Shown one piece after another: positions 37,984 through 48,989 of a DNA stretch of 64,000 nt (position 1 is the stretch's first letter; each line of letters starts with the position of its first letter). This stretch comes from Deltaproteobacteria bacterium (GTDB taxonomy: Bacteria > Desulfobacterota > Desulfobacteria > Desulfobacterales > JAFDMD01). The stretch lies in the NCBI GenBank assembly GCA_019306065.1, contig JAFDMF010000013.1, positions 12,324 through 76,323 on the forward strand. The letters are read 5' to 3'. The position numbers and the translations under genes are program-made. The notes under the pieces were generated by a model. The model made no database searches and was not told the origin of the DNA. It saw nothing but the letters and a program-made list of their open reading frames with translations.

Positions 37984-38025
37984 AGTAAGGCGCTTGAAAG
38001 TTTTTCAAGCGCCTTACTATTTTTG
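37984..38025 (+). terminator. Rho-independent terminator after atpE
   Basis: Stem agtaaggcgcttgaaa/tttcaagcgccttact followed by ATTTTT. Confidence 0.7.
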
Positions 38026-38106
38026 GAATAATAAAGCCCGGCGTTTATTGTCTGCGTTATGCTGAAATTTTAATACTTGATTTATGTTTAATACAGACTT
38101 TGTTGT

Positions 38107-40929
38107 TCAAGGAGCAATAGGGTTAAATAGTTTTTTTAAAAACTGCCCTGTATAAGAATTACGGTTTTTTGCTATATCTTCAGGCGCTCCGAAAGCTACG
38201 ACGCTTCCTCCTTCGTCTCCTCCTTCCGGACCCAGATCAATTATATAATCCGCAGATTTTATAACTTCAAGATTATGCTCTATAACTATAACGGTATTTC
38301 CTGCATCCGTAAGCCTGTTTAATACTTCCAAAAGTTTTGCAATATCTTCTATATGCAGCCCAGTAGTAGGCTCGTCTAACATATACAAGGTTTTTCCGGT
38401 AGATCGTTTGGAAAGCTCTTTTGAAAGTTTTATTCTCTGAGCCTCTCCGCCAGATAAAGTTGTGGCGGGCTGCCCTATTTTAATATAACCAAGCCCTACA
38501 TCTTGTAATGTTTCTAATTTGGAACGTATATTCAATATGTTTTCAAAAAAAAATTTTGCCTGATTAACGGTCATATTTAAAACGTCGTCTATGTTTTTTC
38601 CTTTGTATTTTATTTCAAGGGTTTCTTGGTTATACCTTTTTCCGTTACATATGTCGCATGCCACATAAACATCCGGCAAAAAGTGCATCTCTATTTTTAT
38701 TATGCCGTCTCCAAAGCAGGATTCGCACCTGCCTCCTTTTATGTTAAAACTGAAACGTCCGGGCTTATACCCGCGCATTCTTGCCTCTGGGGTCTTTGCA
38801 AAAAGCTCTCTTATATATGTAAATAATCCCGTATATGTTCCGGCATTGGATCGCGGGGTTCTTCCTATTGGAGACTGGTCTATATTTATGATTTTATCTA
38901 CATATTCTAACCCCTGTATCTCCTCTAAATTAATGCCCGAAGCGGTTTTTTTATTCCCCAATCCGTTTTCCAAAGCTTTATGTAATGTTTGAATAAGGGT
39001 AGATTTTCCGGAACCTGATACTCCTGTAATGGTTATGAAGCATCCTAACGGCAGATTTACATTTATATTTTTTAAATTATGCGCCGAAGCTTTTATTAAT
39101 CGAAGCTTTGCACCGTTTCCTTTGCGTCTTTTTTCAGGAATTTTGATCTCTTTTTTTCTTGAAAGATATAAACCTGTCAAAGATTTTTCATCTTTTATCA
39201 ATTCTTGGGGCGAGCCTGTAAATATAACTTTACCCCCGTTTATTCCTGCTCCGGGTCCCATATCTATTATATGATCTGCTGCAAGCATTGTTTCTTCGTC
39301 ATGTTCTACTACAAGAACCGTATTTCCCAAATCGCGCATTTTAAAAAGGGTTGATAAAAGTCTTCTGTTATCCCGCTGATGAAGTCCTATACTCGGCTCG
39401 TCTAATACATAAAGAACTCCTGTAAGTTTTGAACCTATTTGCGTGGCAAGCCTAATTCTTTGGCTTTCTCCGCCGGAAAGGGTGGAAGCGGAGCGCGATA
39501 AGGTAAGATAACCAAGCCCTACATCTTTTAAAAAACCGAGTCTTTCTTTAATCTCTTTTATTATTTTTTCCGCTATAATTTTTTTTTTACCCTCTAATTG
39601 AAAATTTTCTACAAAATTTATTTCTTTTTCAACGCTTAAATTTGTAAATTGATATATGTTTAATCCGCCTATTTTAACCGAAAGGCTTTGTTTGCTTAAT
39701 CTTGCTCCTAAACATTTGGGACAAGGAGTAATGTTCATAAATTTTTCCATTTCTCTTCGAGACCAGCCGGAATCGGTCTCTTTATAGCGTCTTTTAAAAT
39801 TCGGAATGATTCCTTCGTAAGTTTTATAATATGTATAAACCCTTGAGCCTTTTTCGTATTTAAAGGGTATTTTATCAGCATTTGAGCCATAAAGCAGAAT
39901 ATTTTTAAATTTTTCCGGCAAATCTTTAAACGGAGTATATATATCTGTTTTATAAAAGGCGGTTAAAGCCTCCAAAAATTCAACAAAATATACCGAATTT
40001 CTGCTTTTCCATAAGTTTACAGCGCCATCTCTTAAAGATAATCTTTCATCAGGGATTATAAGGTCGGGGTCGAATTCGCTTGCAGCGCCTAATCCGCCGC
40101 ATTCGGAGCATGCTCCCTGCGGAGAATTGAATGAAAAGGATGCCGGCTCAAACGGTTTATAGCCGACTCCGCATTCGATACATGCGGCTTTTTCGCTGAA
40201 AAAAAGGGATGTTTCTTTCGGTATCTCTATAATAACCGTTCCGCCGGATCTATCAATTGCAAGCTCTAAAGAATCGGCAAGCCTTTTTTTTATTTCGTCT
40301 TTTATAACAAGTCTGTCTATAACAACCTGTATCCGATGTTTTTTATTTTTATCAAGCGCAGGCGTCTCCTCTATATTGTATAACTCCCCGTTTATTTTCA
40401 CTCTGGCAAAGCCTTCTTTTTTAAGTTTATTTAAAAGGGCTTTATGCGTTCCTTTTTGTCCTTCTAATAACGGAGCCAAAACTATTATTTTTGTTCCCGT
40501 TTCAAGGCTCATTACGCTTTCTAGTATCTGATCTATGCTTTGAGAGGTGATTTCTTTTCCGCATTTATAACAATGAATCGAGCCTGCTCTGGCGTAAAGT
40601 AACCGTAGATAATCGTATATTTCCGTAACTGTTCCTACGGTTGATCTGGGATTATGACTTGCCGTTTTCTGTTCTATTGCTATAGCCGGCGATAATCCTT
40701 CTATAAGATCAACATCTGGCTTATCCATTTTGCCGAGAAATTGTCTTGCATAAGTTGAAAGGGATTCCACATACCGCCTTTGTCCTTCAGCATAAAGGGT
40801 ATCAAAAGCAAGGGTAGATTTTCCGGAGCCCGAAAGTCCAGTAATAACTACAAGTTTTTTCGCAGGAATTTCTATGTCTACGTTTTTAAGATTATGCTGT
40901 CTTGCCCCTTTTACTACAATTTTATTCAT
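38107..40929 (-). CDS. uvrA: excinuclease ABC subunit A
   Basis: Two ABC modules ([18 protein letters not shown]) and zinc-finger Cys pairs. 940 aa. Confidence 0.95.
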   Translation of the reverse strand: MNKIVVKGARQHNLKNVDIEIPAKKLVVITGLSGSGKSTLAFDTLYAEGQRRYVESLSTYARQFLGKMDKPDVDLIEGLSPAIAIEQKTASHNPRSTVGTVTEIYDYLRLLYARAGSIHCYKCGKEITSQSIDQILESVMSLETGTKIIVLAPLLEGQKGTHKALLNKLKKEGFARVKINGELYNIEETPALDKNKKHRIQVVIDRLVIKDEIKKRLADSLELAIDRSGGTVIIEIPKETSLFFSEKAACIECGVGYKPFEPASFSFNSPQGACSECGGLGAASEFDPDLIIPDERLSLRDGAVNLWKSRNSVYFVEFLEALTAFYKTDIYTPFKDLPEKFKNILLYGSNADKIPFKYEKGSRVYTYYKTYEGIIPNFKRRYKETDSGWSRREMEKFMNITPCPKCLGARLSKQSLSVKIGGLNIYQFTNLSVEKEINFVENFQLEGKKKIIAEKIIKEIKERLGFLKDVGLGYLTLSRSASTLSGGESQRIRLATQIGSKLTGVLYVLDEPSIGLHQRDNRRLLSTLFKMRDLGNTVLVVEHDEETMLAADHIIDMGPGAGINGGKVIFTGSPQELIKDEKSLTGLYLSRKKEIKIPEKRRKGNGAKLRLIKASAHNLKNINVNLPLGCFITITGVSGSGKSTLIQTLHKALENGLGNKKTASGINLEEIQGLEYVDKIINIDQSPIGRTPRSNAGTYTGLFTYIRELFAKTPEARMRGYKPGRFSFNIKGGRCESCFGDGIIKIEMHFLPDVYVACDICNGKRYNQETLEIKYKGKNIDDVLNMTVNQAKFFFENILNIRSKLETLQDVGLGYIKIGQPATTLSGGEAQRIKLSKELSKRSTGKTLYMLDEPTTGLHIEDIAKLLEVLNRLTDAGNTVIVIEHNLEVIKSADYIIDLGPEGGDEGGSVVAFGAPEDIAKNRNSYTGQFLKKLFNPIAP

Positions 40930-41003
40930 TATCCTTATTTATCCGTTTTTATTTCCAAATTTATATAATATTTTTAAATAGTTATAATTTTAATTTCGAC
41001 GTT

Positions 41004-42011
41004 CTATGCAACGTCTCTACTTTGAAGAGCCGCAAGCTTAATCGCAGCCAATAAACTTCTATGATTTGCCTTGCCTTTTCCTGCAATATCATAAGCGGTT
41101 CCGTGAGCAACGGAGGTTCTTATTATCGGAAGCCCTAATGTAGTATTTACTCCGTCTTGAAAATGTATCATTTTAAAAGGAATAAGCCCCTGATCATGAT
41201 ATATTGATATAACGGCGTCATACTCTTTTTTTATCGCGCGGTAAAAAACCGTATCTCCGGAAATTGGTCCAAAAAGTTTGTATTGTTTTGATTCGGCAGC
41301 CTTTATCCCCGGTATTATTATTCTTTCCTCTTCGTCTCCGAACATATTATTTTCGCCGGAATGCGGATTAAAAGCCGCAATCGCAATTTTCGGCTTTTTT
41401 ATTCCGAATCTTTCAATTAAAGCTTTACCTGTTATCCTGATTGTTTTTTCTATTTTATTTTTTGTAATTAAAAACGGAACATCTTTTAAAGGAACATGTA
41501 TTGTAACAAGAGCTGTTTTTAACTTGTCTCCGTAAAACATCATTACATAATCTTTTGTTTTTGTTTTTTCGGCAAAAATTTCGGTATGCCCGTTATAATT
41601 ATATCCGGCAAAATTCATCGCCTCTTTATTTATGGGGCAGGTTGCAACTCCATCTACTTTTTTTTGCATAGTTAGTTTTATAGCCTCTACTATATATTTT
41701 ACCATAGCGTTAGAGGTTTTATTATTCGGCTTTCCGTAAACTGTTTTTTCATATATAAGTTCAGACAAATGTATAATGTCCATAGTTCCGAATTGATATT
41801 TGCCTTGAGCGGGGTCTTTTATAGGATTGATTTTTATTCCGCTTGATACGATTTTTTTTGTTCCTTCAATTATGTCCGCATCTCCTATGACAAGCGGACG
41901 GCATTTTTTATATATCGATTCCTCTTGAGCGGCTTTTAATATTATTTCCGGTCCTATTCCGGTAGGGTCTCCCATTGTAACGGCTATTATATGAAGGTTT
42001 TTTTTATTCAT
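41004..42011 (-). CDS. pdxA: 4-hydroxythreonine-4-phosphate dehydrogenase
   Basis: Has GDPTGIGPEI and HGTAYDIAGKGKAN motifs. The last 6 codons and the stop lie in a repeat copy. Confidence 0.9.
   Translation of the reverse strand: MNKKNLHIIAVTMGDPTGIGPEIILKAAQEESIYKKCRPLVIGDADIIEGTKKIVSSGIKINPIKDPAQGKYQFGTMDIIHLSELIYEKTVYGKPNNKTSNAMVKYIVEAIKLTMQKKVDGVATCPINKEAMNFAGYNYNGHTEIFAEKTKTKDYVMMFYGDKLKTALVTIHVPLKDVPFLITKNKIEKTIRITGKALIERFGIKKPKIAIAAFNPHSGENNMFGDEEERIIIPGIKAAESKQYKLFGPISGDTVFYRAIKKEYDAVISIYHDQGLIPFKMIHFQDGVNTTLGLPIIRTSVAHGTAYDIAGKGKANHRSLLAAIKLAALQSRDVA
41008..41024. repeat. truncated copy of palindromic repeat family 1
   Basis: gcaacgtctctactttg matches one arm of the full palindromes at 56247 and 60917. 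Confidence 0.55.
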
Positions 42012-42047
42012 TGTTTATCTGTTTTATTTTTGTAATATTACCCGCAA

Positions 42048-42296
42048 TTAAAATGCAACCTGAAACGAATGCCCTATCATATTGAAACTTCGAGTCTCTT
42101 CCCATTCCAGTTCCGATTCAATTTTTTCAAACCGCCGAATAACTTCGGGAGAATAAAAACGTTCTCCACAGATAAGACATATTTCTGCCGTAACATTTAA
42201 AGAAGCTATATTTCTTCCGCCCTTTAGGAGTTTTTCAACATTTTTTTCGATAAGCTCTCCGCCGCAAATAGCGCATTTTTAATCTATGTATCTCAT
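42048..42296 (-). pseudogene. YgiT/MqsA-type zinc-finger protein with in-frame TAA at codon 6
   Basis: Reads MRYID*KCAICGGELIEKNVEKLLKGGRNIASLNVTAEICLICGERFYSPEVIRRFEKIE... The stop is at 42279-42281. Confidence 0.5.
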
Positions 42297-42347
42297 CTGT
42301 TTCTATTTTTAAAAAATATACTATCATTTCAGAATTCTAACGCTAAT

Positions 42348-42862
42348 TCAAGAATTAGGCTTGACCAATTTGCTTGTAAAACTATTTTCATTTTTTTTTA
42401 ATTGAAATTCTATTTTATCAATTGCGAGCATAGTTCCTATCAAAAATTGAGATTCAGATATTGATTCTGACCTCTGTTTTGCACGATAGATTTCTAATTC
42501 TGGTATTCCTTCATATCTTGCTCTTTTACATAAACCTAACATATAAAAACGATTAAACTGACCTTCCGCTACAGTTGCAGCAGCAGTAACTAGAACGTGT
42601 TTAATTGTATATCCGCCAAAAGGTTTTCTATCCCCTTCAATACCTTTCATTAAGTTATTAGCTTCCAATTCGTAAGCAAGCCAATGTTCATTGTATTCAT
42701 TTGCAGCCCCCGTTTTAACAAAGAGACCCATTTTTGATTACCAGCCTCATTAAAACGAGCGCTATAATAAATATTCTCTGTTTGCTCTGCTTCTTCAATT
42801 GCTTCAATCATATATCCCCTTGTATTTTTTTCCATATCTTCAAAATTAACAGTTATATTCAT
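42348..42862 (-). pseudogene. unknown-family gene split by a frameshift (track ORFs 42650..42862 and 42348..42731)
   Basis: The frames join around caaaaatggg (about 42725-42735): ...ARFNEAGNQKW / GLFVKTGAANEYNEHW... Confidence 0.5.
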
Positions 42863-42891
42863 ATTAGTTTGATACTAATAATATTATATTA

Positions 42892-43836
42892 TCATATAGA
42901 TAAGCTTTTTTGACGCAGCTTATCAAAAAAAATTTGTATATCCGGATAAAGCTCCGCCTCAAAGCAAACGTATTTTTCGGTTTTCGGATGTATAAAGCCG
43001 AGAGAATGAGAATGAAGCATTTGACGGGTTACTTCAAACGGCTTTTCTTTTTCTTTTGATTTGCGCGTATTATATATGGCATCTCCGGCTATAGGATGTT
43101 TTATAGCCAATAGATGAACTCTTATTTGATGTGTTCTGCCTGTTTTTATTTGAACTTCAAGAAGCGAAAAATCACCAAATTTTTCTTTAACTCTGTAATT
43201 GGTTTCCGCTGGCTTTGAATGTTTTGTATTTGAAGCGATAAATTTTTTTCTATCTGTAGGGTGTCTTGTTATAGGGATGTTGATTTTGCACGAAGGCATA
43301 ATAGGCTCACCGTGAACTATGGCAAGATACTTTTTTTTAACTGTTCTGTTTTTAAACTGCAAAGCAAGTATGTTATGGGCGTTGTCATTCTTTGCAATTA
43401 CCATAATTCCGGAAGTATCTTTATCAAGCCTGTGAACAATACCTGGTCTTAATTCTCCGCCTATTCCTTTTAGATCCGGACAATGATATAATATAGCGTT
43501 CGCCAATGTGTTTGAAGGGTTGCCGCAAGCGGGATGGACTACCAGATTCGGCTGTTTGTTTATAATTATAATGTCTTTGTCTTCAAAGATAATTTTGATT
43601 TCTATGGGCTGGGGTTCCAATACGCTTTTTATAGGAGGAGGAATATTAATTGATATTATATCATCTCGTAAAACTTTATAGCTAGGCTTTTTTATTTGTC
43701 CGGAAACTTTTATATTTCCGCTTTTTATAAGGTTTGCTATAAAGCTTCTTGAATATTGATAAGCTGCCGAGGCTATAAAGGCATCAAGACGAACTCCTGC
43801 ATCTTTGGGTAAAACCGTAATTATCTGTCCGGACAT
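42892..43836 (-). CDS. rluD: RluA-family 23S rRNA pseudouridine synthase
   Basis: S4 domain plus HRLDKDTSG and GRTHQIR motifs. Confidence 0.9.
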   Translation of the reverse strand: MSGQIITVLPKDAGVRLDAFIASAAYQYSRSFIANLIKSGNIKVSGQIKKPSYKVLRDDIISINIPPPIKSVLEPQPIEIKIIFEDKDIIIINKQPNLVVHPACGNPSNTLANAILYHCPDLKGIGGELRPGIVHRLDKDTSGIMVIAKNDNAHNILALQFKNRTVKKKYLAIVHGEPIMPSCKINIPITRHPTDRKKFIASNTKHSKPAETNYRVKEKFGDFSLLEVQIKTGRTHQIRVHLLAIKHPIAGDAIYNTRKSKEKEKPFEVTRQMLHSHSLGFIHPKTEKYVCFEAELYPDIQIFFDKLRQKSLSI

Positions 43837-43841
43837 ATCAT

Positions 43842-44429
43842 TTATACAACGGCTTCCTTATTGCTTTGCGGGTTATTATTATCCTCTTTAAGCTTATCTA
43901 ACGGCAGATCCGCAAATAAGGCTTCGATTTCAAATAACACCTTTTTTTCATCCGTATTTTTAGCTATGGCAATCTCTTTTATAAGAAGGGAGTTTGCGGT
44001 ATCAAACAGTTTTCGCTCTCCAAAAGAAAGGGTTTTGGTTAGTTTTAATATGTAAAGGTCTCTGAAAACTTCGGCCACGCTCAAAATAGAACCTGCTTTT
44101 AATTTGTCTGTATATTCTTTGTATCTTCTATTCCATGTTTGACGGTCTATATAAAAATCTTCTATATTTCTAAGAACTTTATAAACTTCCGGGATGTAAT
44201 CGGCTTTTATAACTTTTCTTACGCCTATGTTGCGGACATTATCGACAGGTATCATAATTTTTATATTGTTTTCGATAATATTCATTATATAAAAATTCTG
44301 TTGCTTGCCGTTTATTTTTTTGCTCTCAATTTTTTTTATAATACCGACTCCATGAGCAGGATAAACCGCCATATCATTTACTTTAAATGTTTTTACAGAG
44401 CCTGTATGCTTCTGATTTTCAGCAACCAT
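43842..44429 (-). CDS. carD: CarD-family transcriptional regulator
   Basis: FKVNDMAVYPAHGVG Tudor-like N-terminal domain. Confidence 0.8.
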   Translation of the reverse strand: MVAENQKHTGSVKTFKVNDMAVYPAHGVGIIKKIESKKINGKQQNFYIMNIIENNIKIMIPVDNVRNIGVRKVIKADYIPEVYKVLRNIEDFYIDRQTWNRRYKEYTDKLKAGSILSVAEVFRDLYILKLTKTLSFGERKLFDTANSLLIKEIAIAKNTDEKKVLFEIEALFADLPLDKLKEDNNNPQSNKEAVV

Positions 44430-44546
44430 ATATTATTTTACCTCTTCCAAATTATTTTTTATACCATTATTTGTAATAGTAATCAATCAATAAAAAAGGA
44501 TTGACGTAAAAACGCCAATCCTTTTTTATTGAAAAGTTCTAACCTA

Positions 44547-46568
44547 TTATAAAAACGGTATAAGAAGCAACGCTACAACGTTTAATATTTTTATCATAGG
44601 ATTGATAGCGGGTCCTGCCGTATCTTTGTAGGGGTCGCCTACGGTGTCGCCTGTAACCGCAGCTTTATGAGCTTCGCTGCCTTTTCCGCCATGATGACCG
44701 TCTTCGATGTATTTTTTAGCATTATCCCATGCCGCGCCGCCTGTAGTCATAGAGATGGCTACAAACAGCCCTGTTGTAATGCTTCCTATAAGAAGTCCGC
44801 CGAGAGCTTGGGGACCAAGTATAAAACCTACCAAAACAGGAGCTAAAACAGGAAGGAGTGCAGGAACCATCATTTTGGACAAAGCAAACTTGGTTACTAT
44901 GTCAACGCATGCCGCATAGTCCGGTTTTGCTTTCCCTTCCATGATTCCTTTTATCTCTTTAAACTGTCTTCTTACCTCTTTAACAACCGCATGTCCGGCT
45001 TCGCCTACCGCAGTCATTGCCATAGCGCCGAATAAGAAAGGAAGCAGTCCGCCTAGAAAGAGCCCGATTAACACGTTAACATCGGAAAGATCGAAAGTGA
45101 GTTCTCTTCCGAGATGCGCGAATTCCTGAGTATATGCCGAAAACAGAACAAGCGCCGCAAGTCCGGCAGACCCTATTGCATAACCTTTTGTTACGGCTTT
45201 TGTTGTATTTCCCACAGCATCAAGAGGATCGGTAACAGCTCGGACGCTGTCGTCCATTTCAGCCATTTCCGCAATTCCGCCGGCATTATCGGTAATAGGA
45301 CCGTAAGCGTCAATTGCAATAACCATGCCTGTCATAGAAAGCATTGAAACCGCCGCGGTGGCAATTCCGTAAAGCCCGCCAAGAGCGTTTGCCGCAAATA
45401 TAGCGGCGCAGATGGCAAGAACAGGCAGAGCGGTTGACTGCATACTTACCGCAAGCCCTCGAATGATATTTGTGCCATGCCCTGTAGTAGAAGCTTCCGC
45501 TATGTCTTTAACAGGTTTTTTTATTCCGGTATAATATTCGGTAATAACAACTATAATAACGGTTAATATAAGTCCGACTAAAGCCGAAAAATATATTGAG
45601 GTCGGATTGATTCCTTCAAGACCCGCCAAAAGTTTATTAGTTGCAGGATAAAATAATATACCTGCAATAATGGCGGAACCGAACATTCCTTTATAAAGAG
45701 CGCCCATTATATAAGAGCTACCTTCTTTCAATCTTACGAAAAATATCGCTATCATTGAAGCCACAATTGATATAGCTCCTAAAACAAGCGGGAATATTAT
45801 AACGGCAGGCGAGCCTTTGAAAAGAATCTCTGCAAGAACCATTGCGGCAACGGTAGTAATCGCATAGGTTTCAAAAAGGTCTGCAGCCATACCAGCGCAA
45901 TCTCCTACGTTATCTCCTACGTTATCGGCAATAGTAGCAGGGTTTCTGGGATCATCTTCCGGAATGCCCGCTTCTACTTTGCCAACCAAGTCTGCCCCTA
46001 CGTCCGCGCCTTTTGTAAATATGCCTCCTCCTAATCTTGCGAAAATAGATATAAGGCTTCCTCCGAAACCGAGAGCTATAAGCGCTACCGATATTTCTTT
46101 GGAACTTAAACCTAAAACCGTAAGAAGAGCAAAAAGTCCCGCGCATACGGTAAGAGCAAGAGACGCTACTATCATTCCGGTAACGGAACCGCCTTTAAAC
46201 GCCATTCTAAGCCCTGCATTCAATCCGCTTCTTGCGGCTTCGGCAGTTCGGACGTTAGCAATAACCGAAACTCTCATTCCTATATAGCCCGCACAGAATG
46301 AGGCTATCGCGCCCACAGCAAACCCCAAACAGGCGTATCCGCCGTATCCGGGCGCAAATAAGATGATTATAGCAAGAACAACTCCTACTATTAGCATGCT
46401 CTTCATCTGACGATTAAGATATGCTATCGCTCCAGCTTTTATGGCATCTGCGATTTCATTCATTCTTTCATTGCCGGCAGGAGCTTTTTTTACGCTCGCC
46501 GCCTGAATGACAGAAAAAATCACGCCTACAATGCCCACAAGTGTACAAATCCACGCTAAATTTTCCAT
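44547..46568 (-). CDS. hppA: membrane-bound proton-translocating pyrophosphatase (K+-independent type, GNTTKA)
   Basis: Has DNVGDNVGD and [12 protein letters not shown] motifs. 673 aa, polytopic. Confidence 0.9.
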   Translation of the reverse strand: MENLAWICTLVGIVGVIFSVIQAASVKKAPAGNERMNEIADAIKAGAIAYLNRQMKSMLIVGVVLAIIILFAPGYGGYACLGFAVGAIASFCAGYIGMRVSVIANVRTAEAARSGLNAGLRMAFKGGSVTGMIVASLALTVCAGLFALLTVLGLSSKEISVALIALGFGGSLISIFARLGGGIFTKGADVGADLVGKVEAGIPEDDPRNPATIADNVGDNVGDCAGMAADLFETYAITTVAAMVLAEILFKGSPAVIIFPLVLGAISIVASMIAIFFVRLKEGSSYIMGALYKGMFGSAIIAGILFYPATNKLLAGLEGINPTSIYFSALVGLILTVIIVVITEYYTGIKKPVKDIAEASTTGHGTNIIRGLAVSMQSTALPVLAICAAIFAANALGGLYGIATAAVSMLSMTGMVIAIDAYGPITDNAGGIAEMAEMDDSVRAVTDPLDAVGNTTKAVTKGYAIGSAGLAALVLFSAYTQEFAHLGRELTFDLSDVNVLIGLFLGGLLPFLFGAMAMTAVGEAGHAVVKEVRRQFKEIKGIMEGKAKPDYAACVDIVTKFALSKMMVPALLPVLAPVLVGFILGPQALGGLLIGSITTGLFVAISMTTGGAAWDNAKKYIEDGHHGGKGSEAHKAAVTGDTVGDPYKDTAGPAINPMIKILNVVALLLIPFL

Positions 46569-46604
46569 TTTACCTCCATTTTTGAAAAATCAACATAATA
46601 CATA

Positions 46605-47186
46605 TTACTTCCTATTAAAATAGTTCATACTATCTTTAACGCCTTTTAAAAGTATTGATATTACCGCCTCTTTTGCTTTATTTATTGAATCTTTTATATT
46701 TTTTTTTTCAAAATAGTCGTAAGATTTAAGAACATAATCGGATATTTCGATTCTTTCTTCGGTTTTCGGTCTTCCTACCCCAAAACGGACTCTTATAAAA
46801 TTAGTATCTCCGAACGCCTCTATTATTGATCGGACGCCTTTATGCCCTCCGTCTCCTCCTTTTTCTTTTATTTTTATTCTGCCTAATAAGAGGTCTATAT
46901 CATCATGAATAACTATTATATTTATATGGTCTATATTATAATACTCAGAAAATTTTTTAATCGCAAAACCGCTTAAATTCATGTATGTCATCGGCTTTAC
47001 AAGTATAACTCTATTATTTTCAATTATATCTTTTGAATATAAAGAATTAAATTTTTTTTTATCAATATTTATAGAATAGGCTTGAGCAACCGCCTCTATT
47101 ATATCTAATCCCGCATTATGGCGGGTATGCCTGTATTTTTTATCCGGATTACCCAGCCCCGCTATTATTTTTATTTTTTCATTCAT
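46605..47186 (-). CDS. pth: peptidyl-tRNA hydrolase
   Basis: Has GLGNPDKKY...TRHNAG motifs. Confidence 0.9.
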   Translation of the reverse strand: MNEKIKIIAGLGNPDKKYRHTRHNAGLDIIEAVAQAYSINIDKKKFNSLYSKDIIENNRVILVKPMTYMNLSGFAIKKFSEYYNIDHINIIVIHDDIDLLLGRIKIKEKGGDGGHKGVRSIIEAFGDTNFIRVRFGVGRPKTEERIEISDYVLKSYDYFEKKNIKDSINKAKEAVISILLKGVKDSMNYFNRK

Positions 47187-47202
47187 TTATAAGCGGAAAC
47201 CG

Positions 47203-47841
47203 CTATTTTTTTTCTTTATCTTCGGTCTCTGCTTCTGCTTCTGCTTCTGATTCTGATTCAGCCTCTTCTTCCATAGCTTTATCCGTAGTAGGACTTGATA
47301 CTGTTAATACGGTAAATCTTTGCTCAAAGGGTATTTCGATATTTGCGCCCAAATCCACTTCGTCTATATGGATCGAATCGCCTATATCAAGCCTGCTTAT
47401 ATCCAGTTCAACCGTTTCCGGTATTTCGGAAGGAAGGCAAAAAATTTCGATTTCGCGTCTTATTATCTGTAATATTCCGCCGTCTTCAACCCCTTTTGCT
47501 TCCCCTTTTGTTTTAACCGGAATTGTTGTTTTTATTTTTCTATTCATGTCTATTTCATAAAGATCTGCATGCAGATAAGCCGAACTTACGGAATGGCGCT
47601 GCAATTCTTTAAGCATAACCGCTTTTTTTGAGCCTTCCTCTAATATAAGATTAAAAAAGGCTTGACTGCCCGCGCTCTTATTAAAAGCGGTTTGAAACTC
47701 TTTGGCATTAAGCGACAATAAGATGTTTTCGGTTTTATTTCCATATAAAATCGCTGGTATTCTTCCCTCTTTGCGAAGTCTTTTTGCCGGACAATTGCCT
47801 GTCGCTTTTCTTGTATTTGCTTTAAGTTCAAGTAGTTCCAA
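47203..47841 (-). CDS. rplY: 50S ribosomal protein L25/Ctc with acidic C-terminal tail
   Basis: RKEGRIPAILYG motif. Tail reads ESESEAEAEAETEDKEKK. Confidence 0.85.
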   Translation of the reverse strand: MELLELKANTRKATGNCPAKRLRKEGRIPAILYGNKTENILLSLNAKEFQTAFNKSAGSQAFFNLILEEGSKKAVMLKELQRHSVSSAYLHADLYEIDMNRKIKTTIPVKTKGEAKGVEDGGILQIIRREIEIFCLPSEIPETVELDISRLDIGDSIHIDEVDLGANIEIPFEQRFTVLTVSSPTTDKAMEEEAESESEAEAEAETEDKEKK

Positions 47842-47863
47842 AAACTTTTCCTCCTTTTAAAAA

Positions 47864-48808
47864 TTATACGAATAGCGAATTCACCGAATCGCCTGTATGG
47901 CTTCTGATAATCGCTTCTCCAAGAAGTTCCGAAATGGAAAGAACTTTTATTTTACCGCATTCAATGGCATTTTCGGATAACGGTATTGTATCGGTAACTA
48001 TAAGGCTTTCTAACTTTGAATCCGATATTTTTTTAACCGCGGAACCGGATAAAACAGGATGAGAGCAGCATGCATATATTTTTTTTGCTCCTTTGCTTAA
48101 CAATAGATTTACCGCTTGAGTTAAAGTTCCTGCGGTATCTACCATGTCATCTAATATCATTGCGGTTTTGTTATTAACGTCTCCTATAACCTCCATAGCC
48201 TCTACTTTATTAGGCTCGTCTCTGCGCTTGTTTATAATTGCAAGCCCCGCGTTATCAAGACGTTTTGAAAATGCCCGCGCTCTTTCTACGCCTCCAGCAT
48301 CAGGAGACACTATAACAAGCGACTCTTTAAAATACTCTTTCATATATTTTAATAATACGGGAGCGGCAAAGAGGTTGTCGACCGGAATGTTAAAAAAGCC
48401 TTGAATCTGCCCTGTATGCAGATCCATTGTAATAACTCGATTTGCGCCTGCCGTAGTAATAATATCCGCTACAAGCTTTGCGCTTATCGGAACTCTGGGC
48501 GCCACTTTTTTATCCTGACGCGCATAACCGTAATACGGTATAACCGCCGTTATTCTTCTTGCCGAAGATCGTTTAAAAGCGTCTAACATCATTAGAAGCT
48601 CTATTAAGTTGTCATTTACAGGCGGAGATACGGATTGAATGATAAAAATATCTTTAAGTCTTACGTTTTCGTTGATTTCTATTCTAATTTCTCCGTCGCT
48701 GAATCTATCCACTTTTGCGCTGCCAAGAGGCAGTTTTATGTATTGGCATACTGCTTGAGCAAGCTTGCAATTTGAGTTTCCGCTAAAAAGCATTATATCG
48801 TTATTCAT
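47864..48808 (-). CDS. prs: ribose-phosphate pyrophosphokinase
   Basis: Has [10 protein letters not shown] and VDTAGT motifs. Confidence 0.95.
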   Translation of the reverse strand: MNNDIMLFSGNSNCKLAQAVCQYIKLPLGSAKVDRFSDGEIRIEINENVRLKDIFIIQSVSPPVNDNLIELLMMLDAFKRSSARRITAVIPYYGYARQDKKVAPRVPISAKLVADIITTAGANRVITMDLHTGQIQGFFNIPVDNLFAAPVLLKYMKEYFKESLVIVSPDAGGVERARAFSKRLDNAGLAIINKRRDEPNKVEAMEVIGDVNNKTAMILDDMVDTAGTLTQAVNLLLSKGAKKIYACCSHPVLSGSAVKKISDSKLESLIVTDTIPLSENAIECGKIKVLSISELLGEAIIRSHTGDSVNSLFV

Positions 48809-48864
48809 AAATTTTCTCTGCCGCTTTTATATAAAATCGGAAAAATATTATTTCCGAATATATT

Positions 48865-48939
48865 TGGCTGGGGCGGGAGGACTCGAACCCCCAAATGCAA
48901 GGACCAAAACCTTGTGTCTTACCGTTTGACGACGCCCCA
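48865..48939 (-). tRNA. tRNA-Gln (anticodon UUG), encoded CCA
   Basis: The reverse complement folds with acceptor tggggcg/cgcccca, anticodon loop ttTTGgt and T-loop ttcgagt. Confidence 0.85.
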
Positions 48940-48989
48940 TTATAAATCATTATAAATCATTTTTTTTACTCCGATAATCAAAATTATTA

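Noticed and set aside
47203-47290. Short tandem gcttct/gattct repeats at the 3' end of the L25 gene.
   Set aside because: They encode an acidic SE/AE tail. This is low-complexity coding sequence, not a separate element.
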